Shown in pieces: positions 43,469 to 52,507 of a stretch of 64,000 bases of DNA. The first letter of the stretch is position 1; every line of letters starts with the position of its first letter. The translations under genes and the position numbers were made by a program. Below the pieces are notes generated by a model. It did no database searches and was not told the DNA's origin. It was given only the letters and a program-made list of their open reading frames with translations. Source of the DNA: Candidatus Micrarchaeota archaeon (GTDB lineage: Archaea; Micrarchaeota; Micrarchaeia; Micrarchaeales; CABMGC01); the NCBI GenBank assembly GCA_021827925.1, contig JAKATZ010000003.1:16567-80566 (forward strand). The letters are read 5' to 3'.

Positions 43469-44698
43469 ATGACTATGGCCGGAATAAACAGGAATTACGA
43501 TAAGCTCAGCTCCAGCTATCTCTTTGTCGAGATTTCTAAGAGGACAAAAGCGTTCGCAGAGAGCCACCCGGGGATCAGGATACTGAGGCTGGGAATAGGA
43601 GATACCACAGAACCTCTGACGCCTTCGGTCATCCGGAGTCTGCATCTTGGAGTAGACAAGCTGGCGGATCCGAAAAGGTACACAGGATACGGAGATGAGC
43701 AGGGAGACGCAAGGCTGCGCGGCGCAATATCGGAGTTCTATTCAAGGAGGAAGATAACGGTATCTCCAGAGGAGATATTTGTAAGTGACGGTGCAAAGCC
43801 TGATGCCGCCAACATACAGTCAATATTTGAGCAGGGTAGCATCATAGCGGTCCAGGATCCCGCATACCCTGTGTACGTTGACAGCAATGTAATTGCCGGG
43901 CGCACGGGTCTTTCCAAAGGCGTTACGTATGACGGAATACTCTACATGCCATGCACCGAAGAGAACGGGTTCTTTCCTTCCCTGCCCGAGAAGAAGGCGG
44001 ACATAATATACCTATGCAGCCCAAACAATCCCACAGGAGCCGTTGCAACAAGGGAGGATCTCAGAAGGTTCGTTGAATATGCAAGGGAGAATAAGTCGAT
44101 CATAGTGTTCGATGCTGCATACCATTCGTTCGTATCTGACCAGAAAATACCGAGGAGCATATACGAGATAGAAGGCGCGAGGGAATGCGCCATCGAGATC
44201 AACAGTTTTTCAAAGAGTTCGGGATTCACAGGAGTGAGACTTGGATGGTCAGTGGTCCCGATGGATCTGGTGGTGGAGGGCACTCCGAAGGGCAGAGTGA
44301 ATGCGCTCTGGAAAAGAAGGCAGTCCACGATGTTCAATGGAGCGTCGAATATAGCACAGGAGGGCGGTATCGCTGCAATATCCGAGGAAGGAATTATAGA
44401 GAACCAGGCAGTGATAGACAAGTATATGGCAAACGCCAGGGCGATAAGGGAGTGCTTCATAGGAAAGGGCATGAAGGTGTTTGGAGGCGTAAATGCGCCA
44501 TACCTCTGGATCAAGACGCCGGGAGATATGAAGTCATGGGAGTTCTTCGACAAGATGCTCAACGAAGCCCATGTTGTCGTAACACCAGGATCCGGTTTCG
44601 GACCTTCCGGTGAAGGATACATACGCGTCAGCGCCTTCGGTCATCCGGAGATGATATCCGAGGCCATAGATAGCGTTAAGGCAAACCTGAAGGTTTAG
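43469..44698 (+). CDS. dapL: LL-diaminopimelate aminotransferase
   Basis: 'INRNYDKLSSSYLFVEISKR', 'LRLGIGDTTEPL', 'SFSKSSGFTGVRLGW'. ATG at 43469 is preferred over the GTG at 43457. Confidence 0.85.
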   Translation: MTMAGINRNYDKLSSSYLFVEISKRTKAFAESHPGIRILRLGIGDTTEPLTPSVIRSLHLGVDKLADPKRYTGYGDEQGDARLRGAISEFYSRRKITVSPEEIFVSDGAKPDAANIQSIFEQGSIIAVQDPAYPVYVDSNVIAGRTGLSKGVTYDGILYMPCTEENGFFPSLPEKKADIIYLCSPNNPTGAVATREDLRRFVEYARENKSIIVFDAAYHSFVSDQKIPRSIYEIEGARECAIEINSFSKSSGFTGVRLGWSVVPMDLVVEGTPKGRVNALWKRRQSTMFNGASNIAQEGGIAAISEEGIIENQAVIDKYMANARAIRECFIGKGMKVFGGVNAPYLWIKTPGDMKSWEFFDKMLNEAHVVVTPGSGFGPSGEGYIRVSAFGHPEMISEAIDSVKANLKV

Positions 44699-44706
44699 GC
44701 GATAGC

Positions 44707-45990
44707 ATGAACAACGATTCTGATCTGTTTTTCGGATACGATGAGATAAAGGAGATAGCGGACAGGTATCCGACGCCTTTCCACATTTATGACGAGAAAG
44801 GGATAAGGGAGAATGCGAGGAGACTATACAGGGCATTCAGCTGGTCGAAGGGCTTCATGAACTACTTCGCAGTGAAAGCCTGTCCCAACCCATATCTTGT
44901 CCAGATACTGAAGCAGGAAGGCTGCGGTGCCGACTGCAGTTCGTTTCCAGAACTCTTGATCTCCGAGAAAGTAGGCATGCCAGGAGAATCAATAATGTTC
45001 ACATCGAACGATACGCCTGCCGGAGAGTACAAGAAGGCATCAGAGCTTGGAGCGATAATAAATCTTGATGATATAACGCATATACCCTCTCTTGAGAAGA
45101 ACGCAGGCATACCCGAAGTGATATCGTTCAGGTATAACCCAGGGCCGCTGCGCAAAACAGGCGCAGGGAACGTTATAGGGAATCCTGAGCAGTCAAAGTA
45201 CGGGCTTACAAAGGAGCAGCTGTTTGATGCGTACAGGATAATGAAGGAAAAAGGGACAGTGAGATTCGGGCTTCACACGATGATCGCGTCCAACGAACTG
45301 AACCCCGATGCATTCGTCGAGACGGCAGGCATGCTCTTTGACCTTGTGATGGAGATATCCGGCAAGCTAGGGATAACGTTCGAGTTTGTGAATCTTGGTG
45401 GTGGCATAGGCATACCGTATAGGCCAGAACAGAAGGCAGTGGATATCGAGGGCCTGAGCGAATCGATTAGAGAAGTATACCGGGAAAAGATCGAGCATGG
45501 CGGGCTTGCGCCATTGAAGATATTCATGGAGAACGGGAGGATGATGACAGGTCCTTTCGGATATCTTGTAACAACTGCAATACATGAAAAGCACATATAC
45601 AAGGAATATATCGGGGTCGATGCCTGCATGGCGAACCTCATGCGCCCAGGAATGTACGGAGCATATCACCACATAACAGTCATGGGGAAGGAAAATGCTA
45701 CGAAAGACCACAAGTATGATGTCGTAGGATCCCTCTGCGAGAATAACGACAAGTTTGCCATAGACAGGATGCTCCCTGAGATCAAGACGGGTGACATTAT
45801 TGCTATACACAACGCAGGTGCTCACGGGCATGCGATGGGCTTCAACTACAATGGGAAGCTCAGGAGTGCGGAACTACTTAGAAAAATGGACGGCTCCGTG
45901 ATGATGATAAGGAGGGCGGAAACCACGAAGGATTATTTTGCGACTCTTGATTTCTCAGGCTCAGAGTACGGTTCGCTGGCCAAGCAGTAA
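44707..45990 (+). CDS. lysA: diaminopimelate decarboxylase
   Basis: 427 aa. Group-IV PLP decarboxylase: 'YFAVKACPN' (PLP Lys), 'NLGGGIGIPY', 'VVGSLCENNDKF'. Lies 8 nt after dapL. Confidence 0.8.
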   Translation: MNNDSDLFFGYDEIKEIADRYPTPFHIYDEKGIRENARRLYRAFSWSKGFMNYFAVKACPNPYLVQILKQEGCGADCSSFPELLISEKVGMPGESIMFTSNDTPAGEYKKASELGAIINLDDITHIPSLEKNAGIPEVISFRYNPGPLRKTGAGNVIGNPEQSKYGLTKEQLFDAYRIMKEKGTVRFGLHTMIASNELNPDAFVETAGMLFDLVMEISGKLGITFEFVNLGGGIGIPYRPEQKAVDIEGLSESIREVYREKIEHGGLAPLKIFMENGRMMTGPFGYLVTTAIHEKHIYKEYIGVDACMANLMRPGMYGAYHHITVMGKENATKDHKYDVVGSLCENNDKFAIDRMLPEIKTGDIIAIHNAGAHGHAMGFNYNGKLRSAELLRKMDGSVMMIRRAETTKDYFATLDFSGSEYGSLAKQ

Positions 45991-45992
45991 GT

Positions 45993-46391
45993 TCATTTCA
46001 GTACCATGGAGGTGTTGGTCGATACAATACCGTAGGTCTTGCGTATGAGATCTATGTCCCTGTTTATCGCACCTAGGCTCTCGGCTTCAAGATAAGCTAT
46101 TATGTCATAGTCCCCTGAGACCTCATACACCCTGCTCACCGAGTGTATGGATGATATTTTCTCCGCTGCGGAAGCCACAACCCGCTTCGTCTTTATGAAG
46201 ACAAATGCCTTGACCTTCTTGTTGGTTCCTGCAGCCACAGTGAATGAGCGTATTATCCCGTCATCGAGCATCTTCTTCACGCGATTCCGTATGGTGCCTT
46301 CTGAAACGCCTATCTTCTTGGCGATCTCAAGGAAAGGGACCCTCGCGTTCTCTGAGAGCTCTTTCAGTATAAGTTCGTCCGTATCATCCAT
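45993..46391 (-). CDS. Lrp/AsnC-family transcriptional regulator
   Basis: Start at the internal ATG: 'MDDTDELILKELSENARVPFLEIAKKIGVSEGTIRNRVKKM' (HTH), followed by an RAM/ACT-like domain. The track ORF extends to 46508. Confidence 0.85.
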   Translation of the reverse strand: MDDTDELILKELSENARVPFLEIAKKIGVSEGTIRNRVKKMLDDGIIRSFTVAAGTNKKVKAFVFIKTKRVVASAAEKISSIHSVSRVYEVSGDYDIIAYLEAESLGAINRDIDLIRKTYGIVSTNTSMVLK

Positions 46392-46446
46392 GAGTATGAA
46401 TAAAGCAATCAGGTTAAATATTCTTCGTCTTGCCTCTGGGGTAAGC

Positions 46447-47292
46447 TCAACGACCCTTGCGGCTGCGTAGAGAGTACATGCGTTCGTAGCCGCGCAGCAG
46501 GAAGGCATTCTCGCTGCTTTCAGGGAATGATGCCGTTATCCGTCCAAGCAGCCCTTTCTTGTCAAGAGACTTGGAGCATATCAGCACACTGTTTAGAGAA
46601 TACCCGGACGTATCGAGCTTGTAAACGGTGAATAGGCTCGATAGCCGTTCGGAATAGTCGTCCAGGCTCTCTGTTCCATCCATCATACTTGTACAGTTGA
46701 CAGCGAGTATGCCGTCGTTCCCAAGCGCCAGGAAGGCATCGCGTATGAATCCCATCTCGAGAAATTTGCCCGGTATGAGACCCTCACTGTACGCGTCTAG
46801 TATTATGGCATCGTAGTTCTGTTCTCTTTTGGACACATAATCGGCGCCGTCCCCTTTGACAATCCTGAATCCTGAACCTTCGCCTATGAACTTTTTTGAG
46901 ATGCGCACCATGCGCTCATCACTCTCCACGACATCCAATGACAGTCTGGTTCCGAGAAAGGAGGTGAGCTGCTTTGCGATGGTTCCGCCGCCGAGGCCAA
47001 TCATGAGAATTCGGGGATTCTCGAACGCGTAGGGAAGTGGTATGAAGAAATCCCAGTACTCGTGAGTGTAAAGTGAGTCTGAGCTTATGCGCGAATATAC
47101 GACGTTTCCGCACTTAAGGGCCTTTGAATGCCCTTCTTCAACCACCGAGAGTTCGTCGTCATAGTTCTCGGTACGGCGAGGCTTGCCTATGCCCAGTATG
47201 CTGCGCAGATCTTTCATCGGAATACCTATAATGGACAAAGCTAAAATGCTATCGCATCCGCAGAATATCAAAAATTCAGTAAAAATTGGCAT
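46447..47292 (-). CDS. spermidine synthase-like SAM-dependent (aminopropyl/methyl)transferase
   Basis: 'ILMIGLGGGTIA' (GxGxG), 'VVESDERMV', 'YDAIILDAYS'. The start is uncertain (alternative ATG at 47217). Confidence 0.55.
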   Translation of the reverse strand: MPIFTEFLIFCGCDSILALSIIGIPMKDLRSILGIGKPRRTENYDDELSVVEEGHSKALKCGNVVYSRISSDSLYTHEYWDFFIPLPYAFENPRILMIGLGGGTIAKQLTSFLGTRLSLDVVESDERMVRISKKFIGEGSGFRIVKGDGADYVSKREQNYDAIILDAYSEGLIPGKFLEMGFIRDAFLALGNDGILAVNCTSMMDGTESLDDYSERLSSLFTVYKLDTSGYSLNSVLICSKSLDKKGLLGRITASFPESSENAFLLRGYERMYSLRSRKGR

Positions 47293-47349
47293 TTCTGGGA
47301 TTTTCGTAAACGCTTATATAGGTAAAAATGCTGAATTGTAACTGATTTG

Positions 47350-48126
47350 ATGCCATTCAAAGATGGAGAAAGTAGACGTCCTACAAACGTCGTAGACATC
47401 GAAGTTGCGAGGAGAGCAGTACAAGCTAAGATGGATGCGACCGCAATCATACAGGCCAAACGCCCAGAAGAAGATACGGTAGGTAGAATGACAATCAGGT
47501 ATCGCTGGAACCCGGGCAAGGCGTTGCGAAACCTTGCAGTTGTAGCGGGTTTGGCATTAACAGTACTTGCGGCATATCATGTTACAGTTAGCGCAGATCA
47601 GAAGTATGAAGTGCAGAGAGAGCCGGCTTGGTACGCAGGATTAAACAGCAGTGCGCAGTTGATGTTAGGAACTGCAGTAAGGGATGCCGCAGGAGGCAAC
47701 CTTACCGGAGCAGCGCAGCAGACGGCAATGGCAGCGTATGCTGCACAGTACTACGGGAACATGACCGCTGCCAGAGCGATAGCACAGGAATCGATAAGAT
47801 ATTCGGAGGATGCGGGGAAGGACAGCTGGTATACGGAACCAACTGAGGCTTCGGCAGATTATAAGAATGCGGCTTCAGTGGCCGCTGGATTCGGATTCAC
47901 GAAAGAGGCGGAGATGGATCGGAAAAATGCAGTCGGGGCAATTGCATGTTATGCCGAGATCCAGGACAGGTTATTCGGGGTCGACTTCGGTTGGCTTGGG
48001 AAGCTGCCTTTTATAGGAAGTGCCATAAGAAAAGGCGAAGCCAGAAAGGCATCCCTCTATTTGCAAGCAGACAGACTCGCGAAAAGCTACGGTATGTCAG
48101 GGTTGAAAGGCATCTGCAGGGAATGA
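47350..48126 (+). CDS. hypothetical single-pass membrane protein with Ala-rich ectodomain
   Basis: About 258 aa. One TM, 'LRNLAVVAGLALTVLAAYHV', around aa 60-80. Ala/Gln-rich helical region 'QQTAMAAYAAQYYGNMTAARAIAQ'. No known motif. Confidence 0.4.
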   Translation: MPFKDGESRRPTNVVDIEVARRAVQAKMDATAIIQAKRPEEDTVGRMTIRYRWNPGKALRNLAVVAGLALTVLAAYHVTVSADQKYEVQREPAWYAGLNSSAQLMLGTAVRDAAGGNLTGAAQQTAMAAYAAQYYGNMTAARAIAQESIRYSEDAGKDSWYTEPTEASADYKNAASVAAGFGFTKEAEMDRKNAVGAIACYAEIQDRLFGVDFGWLGKLPFIGSAIRKGEARKASLYLQADRLAKSYGMSGLKGICRE

Positions 48127-48165
48127 AGGCAAGGTATTTGTAGATTGACTGCAAGGTAATCAGGT

Positions 48166-49449
48166 ATGTTGGGCTTTAGGAATTCGCAGCCCGTTTCTGC
48201 AGTTAGGAGCGAGCTTGTTGAAGCGGCAAGAAAGGAAGGCTTAGGCGATTCTACTGGAAGCATAGTGGGCATATGCCGCGAAGCCGGGAAGCCGTATGCA
48301 GAACTCGCGATAAGGAAGCTGGCAGCTTACATACCCGCCGAAGAGACGAAGGAGCTGGCATCACTTTTGGAGAGGGCGGCGAGATACGGAGGCAAGACTA
48401 CAGTCATGGCCGCGCTCAGCCTGGTAGATCAATGCTCTGGCAGCGGCAGCGATACCGCCAGATTTCTGGATGCCGTTACAGAGATAGCGAGTTTTGTGGG
48501 AGATGCTGCCGCTTCTGAAAGTGCGCGAACGCTAGGATTGTTTCATGATCAGACAGACAGGATAGCCATCAAGGCAGCCGAGACGCTGAAAGCCATCGCC
48601 CAAACCACGTTATCAGGAGCAGCAGTGATCTCGGCTGCCAAGACACTTGCAAGACTAAGGGATGATACGTTTGCCTTCGCGATGGTTGCGGACGCGATGC
48701 AGGGCATGGCACTTGGCAGAAATGAAGTAAATCCAGATAGGATACTCACGGTCTCGGAGTTCGTCTCGCAGTTCAACGATTCGCGTACAATACCGGAGGC
48801 CATAGAATATGTGAAAGGGATCGTTCTGCCGGGATCGATGCCGGCACAGCTTGGCAGGATACTGAACAGCCTTGATCCTGATGCGCGCAGGAGGATAGCA
48901 CTCGATGTTAGGAATGTGTTCGCAAAGGTCGGTTATCCCGAAAGGATGCAGCAGGTGCTTGAACGTATGGCAGAGCATCAAGGAAAGCGCACGGATATAG
49001 ATACGATGACATATTCCCTTGTGAGCCTTGCGGATGCATTCGGCGACTCTGCAGCTGCGAAGGCAATAGGAAAGATACTAGCTCAGGCTCCTGGAGAATC
49101 AGGTAGGTTCTTCGAGTTCTTCGTTGAATTCAGCGCAAATGTAACCGAGATCTGGAGGAAGAGCAGGAAGGCAGGCAGGATGATGCTTAAAGCTTCGGCG
49201 ATGTTTGAAGGAACAGAAATGCAGATGACTGTGTTTGATTGCCTTACGAACCTACTGTATAGGAGATATGGCCTGCTCAACGATAGCGATAGGACCAATA
49301 CTGCGCAGGGGGAACGGTTTGTAGCAAGAACCCTTAAGTATATAGAAAGACATAGGGAGGAACCCGAAAAGCTCGAGTATACCCTTCGGCGGCTCTCAAA
49401 CCCGCTTGTCGGAAAGTCTGACCTTATGAAAATCCTCGATGGGCTTTAA
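48166..49449 (+). CDS. hypothetical all-alpha protein (paralog A)
   Basis: 427 aa, Ala/Leu-rich, no TM. Starts 40 nt after the previous ORF. Shares 'R(L/F)RDD' at aa ~165 and a C-terminal 'NP(L/M)xV...M..(I/V)L.G' motif with the ORF at 50460. Confidence 0.45.
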   Translation: MLGFRNSQPVSAVRSELVEAARKEGLGDSTGSIVGICREAGKPYAELAIRKLAAYIPAEETKELASLLERAARYGGKTTVMAALSLVDQCSGSGSDTARFLDAVTEIASFVGDAAASESARTLGLFHDQTDRIAIKAAETLKAIAQTTLSGAAVISAAKTLARLRDDTFAFAMVADAMQGMALGRNEVNPDRILTVSEFVSQFNDSRTIPEAIEYVKGIVLPGSMPAQLGRILNSLDPDARRRIALDVRNVFAKVGYPERMQQVLERMAEHQGKRTDIDTMTYSLVSLADAFGDSAAAKAIGKILAQAPGESGRFFEFFVEFSANVTEIWRKSRKAGRMMLKASAMFEGTEMQMTVFDCLTNLLYRRYGLLNDSDRTNTAQGERFVARTLKYIERHREEPEKLEYTLRRLSNPLVGKSDLMKILDGL

Positions 49450-49524
49450 AGTCTTCTGCGCGACTATCCGCGAGTGATTCGAATAGCTATAAGGTTTGGA
49501 AGACGCAGGAAACGACAGCGTATC

Positions 49525-49686
49525 CTAGAAGCGGCGCTGTGCTCCGCTTCTCGAGACGGGAAGACTGCAGGTAAAAGCTTGCGCAAGAACCAGTCTTTCA
49601 TCTATCTCCTCCTGCCTTGTGGCATCAGGATAGATTCTGAACTTGTAGGCTCTTGTCAGTTCCATGCAACCTATATTTCCATCCAT
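49525..49686 (-). mobile_element. tnpB: N-terminal relic of an IS200/IS605-family TnpB (OrfB) gene
   Basis: Hand translation: MDGNIGCMELTRAYKFRIYPDATRQEEIDERLVLAQAFTCSLPVSRSGAQRRF*. 'AYKFRIYPxxxQ' is the hallmark N-terminus of TnpB/OrfB proteins. The RuvC and Zn-finger parts are absent in all frames I translated. Confidence 0.55.
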
Positions 49687-50021
49687 ATTTATACGCCTTA
49701 CTGCGGTTCGCTTTCATCCCACCCATGAATGGTGTGGGGTTTCCCGCCCACTTTGTTAAGTACATTGATTCCGAAAAGAAGAGTATAAAGCAGGAGTGAC
49801 CAATTTGTTGCTATTAGCAGTATTGCCCTGCAAAGCGTGATTTGGATACTCTGCGCTGTGGCCTTTGCGGAATCGTTTCCGCCAACTTCGACACAGAACG
49901 GGAATATGCATTCAACATCGCCTTCCTTGCCCGTCATGCCTACGACAAACGCAATTCCTTCCCTTTTGCAGAATAAGAATCGGCAATTGCGAGTATTCTT
50001 GGCCCTGACTTGGTCCGGATC

Positions 50022-50288
50022 TCACTTCTTTGGAAGTTGAGATGAAAGATCCTTTATCTCATCCTGTATCGACTCGATTGCCTTGAGAAGCAGAGTGCGG
50101 GCATTCTTTTCAGACTTGATCACAAGGCGAGGTTTGCCAGCTTCGGGATGCTCCTTTATAACACCGACGAAAGATATCTCCTTGCTTGCCTCTAGCTTTT
50201 CCTTTATAAGTTCGGCTATGCCCCTGTCTGCATCGAGGAACTCTATAATCATGCTTTTGGGCTCATCCTCTAATATATTGAGCTTCAT
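50022..50288 (-). CDS. rpoL: DNA-directed RNA polymerase subunit L (Rpo11)
   Basis: 88 aa from the internal ATG: 'MKLNILEDEPKSMIIEFLDADRGIAELIKEKLEASKEISFVGVIKEHPEAGKPRLVIKS'. The fold pattern of Rpo11 is present, but the usual 'EDHTLGN' box has diverged. The track ORF extends to 50486. Confidence 0.65.
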   Translation of the reverse strand: MKLNILEDEPKSMIIEFLDADRGIAELIKEKLEASKEISFVGVIKEHPEAGKPRLVIKSEKNARTLLLKAIESIQDEIKDLSSQLPKK

Positions 50289-50459
50289 CGTATCAACTGC
50301 AAGTAGCGCATATCTATCGTAGCAAAAGGATAAAAAGGTACCTCTGCGCAGGGATACGACTCGGAGGTATGGGTCCGAGGTTGGACAGAAGTAATAAATA
50401 GTGGCTCGGAAGAGTGATATGCCTAATGCACGTAGGGAGATCATTGCAGGGCAATTGCC

Positions 50460-51674
50460 ATGGGCGCTGCGTTTAGGGAGTATCAAGGGAAGGATTCCCG
50501 GAGTGCCACAATACTAGATATGCTCAGAGGGGTTGGGGCTCCGACAGCGGAGGATATGCTGAGGAGAGTGGCACGTGATCTCGGCGAGGGCAGCGCCAAC
50601 GCACTGCGGGCGCGGCTCGGATATGCAGTGCATGCAAATGAGGAAAATTCCAGGCGTGCGGTTGGCCTATGCATAGAGGTCTTTGAATACACGGGTGATG
50701 CCAAAGCATCTGAGATTTCCGCTATGGCCGTTGCTGGACTGCGCACGATGCCGGTGAGCCTGACGGGCAAGGCTGCGCTCTTCCTTTATGACATAGCCCG
50801 AAAGACCAAGGACCCGTCAAGCGTTATCAACAGTGCAGAGTGCATAATCTCCTTCGGGAACGTGACACCCCTAATTACAATGGCGCTGGCAAGGGCGGAA
50901 TCGATTCGCAGGCTCCAGAATCCCAAGATAGTTGAATCGGTAGTCAGGACAGCGCATAGGTTCCGCGATGACAAGGTAGAGATGGCCGCATTCCTAAAAT
51001 GCGCAGGCATTATCGCTGCCACAGGAAACGGGGATGCTGAGAGGGAGTACGTTGATATTGCAATCATAGCCAGAGAGAAAGGCATACCGCTTATGGATAG
51101 TATTGTACCGGCGATGGCGTATGTTGCTGACCATTTCACAGAAGGCACAAACGACGGGCAGGACATACTTACGTGCGCGGTAAGGCTGCTCATGAGGATA
51201 ATGGAAGATGGAGAAGCTGTCAGGGGAGTGGAGAGCGTTCTCCGCAAGATAGTAGGCTCGGGTCCGGGAAAAGGAACGGAGACCGCAGAAACGGTAAGAG
51301 ATACAAAAGGGCTTCTGGATGCGCTTGGAAGTAAGGATATCGAGAGGGACCACGCAAAGGCATTGGCAAGAGAGACAAGACTTCTTGCAGTGAGGGTGGA
51401 GGACATCGAGACTGTTTACAAGGTCGCGGGACTTCTGAATGCTTTAGGAAACAACGCTGAAGTGGCGCTGAAGGCGATTAAGATCGCGAATTTCATGATG
51501 AGGAAAGGTGGAAGCGATGGAGATGTTGCAAGAGTATTCAGCACAGCGGCAGAATACTCCAAGTGGCCCAACCTCGCAATGGGACTCTTTTCAAGCCTGG
51601 AGAAAGTTACTGAAAGAGCTAAGAACCCCATGGAGGTTGACCGTGCAATGGATGTGCTTACAGGGAAAGGATGA
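50460..51674 (+). CDS. hypothetical all-alpha protein (paralog B)
   Basis: 404 aa, no TM. Divergent from rpoL. Shares positional motifs with the 48166 ORF ('RFRDD' at aa 167-171; C-terminal 'NPMEVDRAMDVLTG'). Confidence 0.45.
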   Translation: MGAAFREYQGKDSRSATILDMLRGVGAPTAEDMLRRVARDLGEGSANALRARLGYAVHANEENSRRAVGLCIEVFEYTGDAKASEISAMAVAGLRTMPVSLTGKAALFLYDIARKTKDPSSVINSAECIISFGNVTPLITMALARAESIRRLQNPKIVESVVRTAHRFRDDKVEMAAFLKCAGIIAATGNGDAEREYVDIAIIAREKGIPLMDSIVPAMAYVADHFTEGTNDGQDILTCAVRLLMRIMEDGEAVRGVESVLRKIVGSGPGKGTETAETVRDTKGLLDALGSKDIERDHAKALARETRLLAVRVEDIETVYKVAGLLNALGNNAEVALKAIKIANFMMRKGGSDGDVARVFSTAAEYSKWPNLAMGLFSSLEKVTERAKNPMEVDRAMDVLTGKG

Positions 51675-51771
51675 CGGTGCCGTGAGCACGTATTAGGATT
51701 ATCTCGCGAGCAATAGATATATATTAATGCACGTTGATAATTAGATATTTCTAAAGCTTTCTGGTGTATTA

Positions 51772-52188
51772 ATGTCAAATATATTAGAGGTAGATAGCGG
51801 CGTCCTTGTAAGGAAGCTTGCCGAGAAGCTGAAGGAGGAAGGAGTAGCCAAGCCAGAGTACATAGATTACGCTAAGACAGGCGCAGGGAAGGAGAGGGTG
51901 CCATCGGATCCGGATTTCTGGTACACGAGATGCGCGTCTGTGCTAAGGCAGACGTATCTAAAAGGACCTATAGGCATATCCAGGCTGAGAACCAGATATG
52001 GAGTGAGGAAGAAGCATATTGTCACAAGACACCACCACTTCAGGAGTGGCGGCAGCCTCATAAAGGATGCGTTCGACGCGCTTGAGAAACAAGGCTATGT
52101 CAAGAAGACTAAAGAAGGCAGAGTGGTAACGCAGAAGGGGCAGTCATTCCTTGACAAGACATCGAGCGAGCTGAACAAAGGTGTATGA
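51772..52188 (+). CDS. rps19e: 30S ribosomal protein S19e
   Basis: 138 aa. 'DFWYTRCASVLRQ', 'YGVRKKH', 'GRVVTQKGQSFLD'. Confidence 0.9.
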   Translation: MSNILEVDSGVLVRKLAEKLKEEGVAKPEYIDYAKTGAGKERVPSDPDFWYTRCASVLRQTYLKGPIGISRLRTRYGVRKKHIVTRHHHFRSGGSLIKDAFDALEKQGYVKKTKEGRVVTQKGQSFLDKTSSELNKGV

Positions 52189-52499
52189 GTTTGGCTGAAG
52201 AGGCTAATCCCGATGATAACGAAAGAATAAGAAAGGCGCTTGCTAGAAGGATGAAGGCAGCGCAGATGGAACAACAGAGGAAGGATCTGGCAAGGAGGTA
52301 TTTGACTACGGAGGCTTACGAGCGAATCATGAATGTCAGGCTCTCGAACTACGAGCTTTATGCGCAGCTGCTTAATCTCATAATAGCCATGGTGCAGAAC
52401 AACAGGATAAGCGGCAAGATAAGCGACCCTCAGCTGAGAGACATGATATCGAGGCTTACGTACAAACACGAATCAAAAATCGAGTTCAAACACAAGTAG
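52185..52499 (+). CDS. DNA-binding protein, PDCD5/TFAR19 homolog
   Basis: 104 aa. 'LTTEAYERIMNVRLSN' and the conserved position after S19e. ATGA overlap with the S19e stop. Confidence 0.8.
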   Translation: MSLAEEANPDDNERIRKALARRMKAAQMEQQRKDLARRYLTTEAYERIMNVRLSNYELYAQLLNLIIAMVQNNRISGKISDPQLRDMISRLTYKHESKIEFKHK

Positions 52500-52507
52500 A
52501 TGATATA

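Noticed and set aside
49698-49937. 79-aa minus-strand ORF between rpoL and the TnpB relic, considered as IS200 TnpA or a DUF54-type exosome-associated protein
   Set aside because: No HUH/Y1 transposase motifs and no 'HPTED'-type box. A hydrophobic, odd composition. It cannot be supported as a gene.
50289-50486. N-terminal extensions of track ORFs: rpoL to 50486, lrp to 46508, GTPase to 55098, giant gene TTG at 34026
   Set aside because: Family-typical N-termini begin at internal ATGs (MKLNIL, MDDTDE, MLIGLVG, MAILSR). The extensions are hydrophobic or Cys/Arg-rich and would overlap neighbouring genes or promoters.
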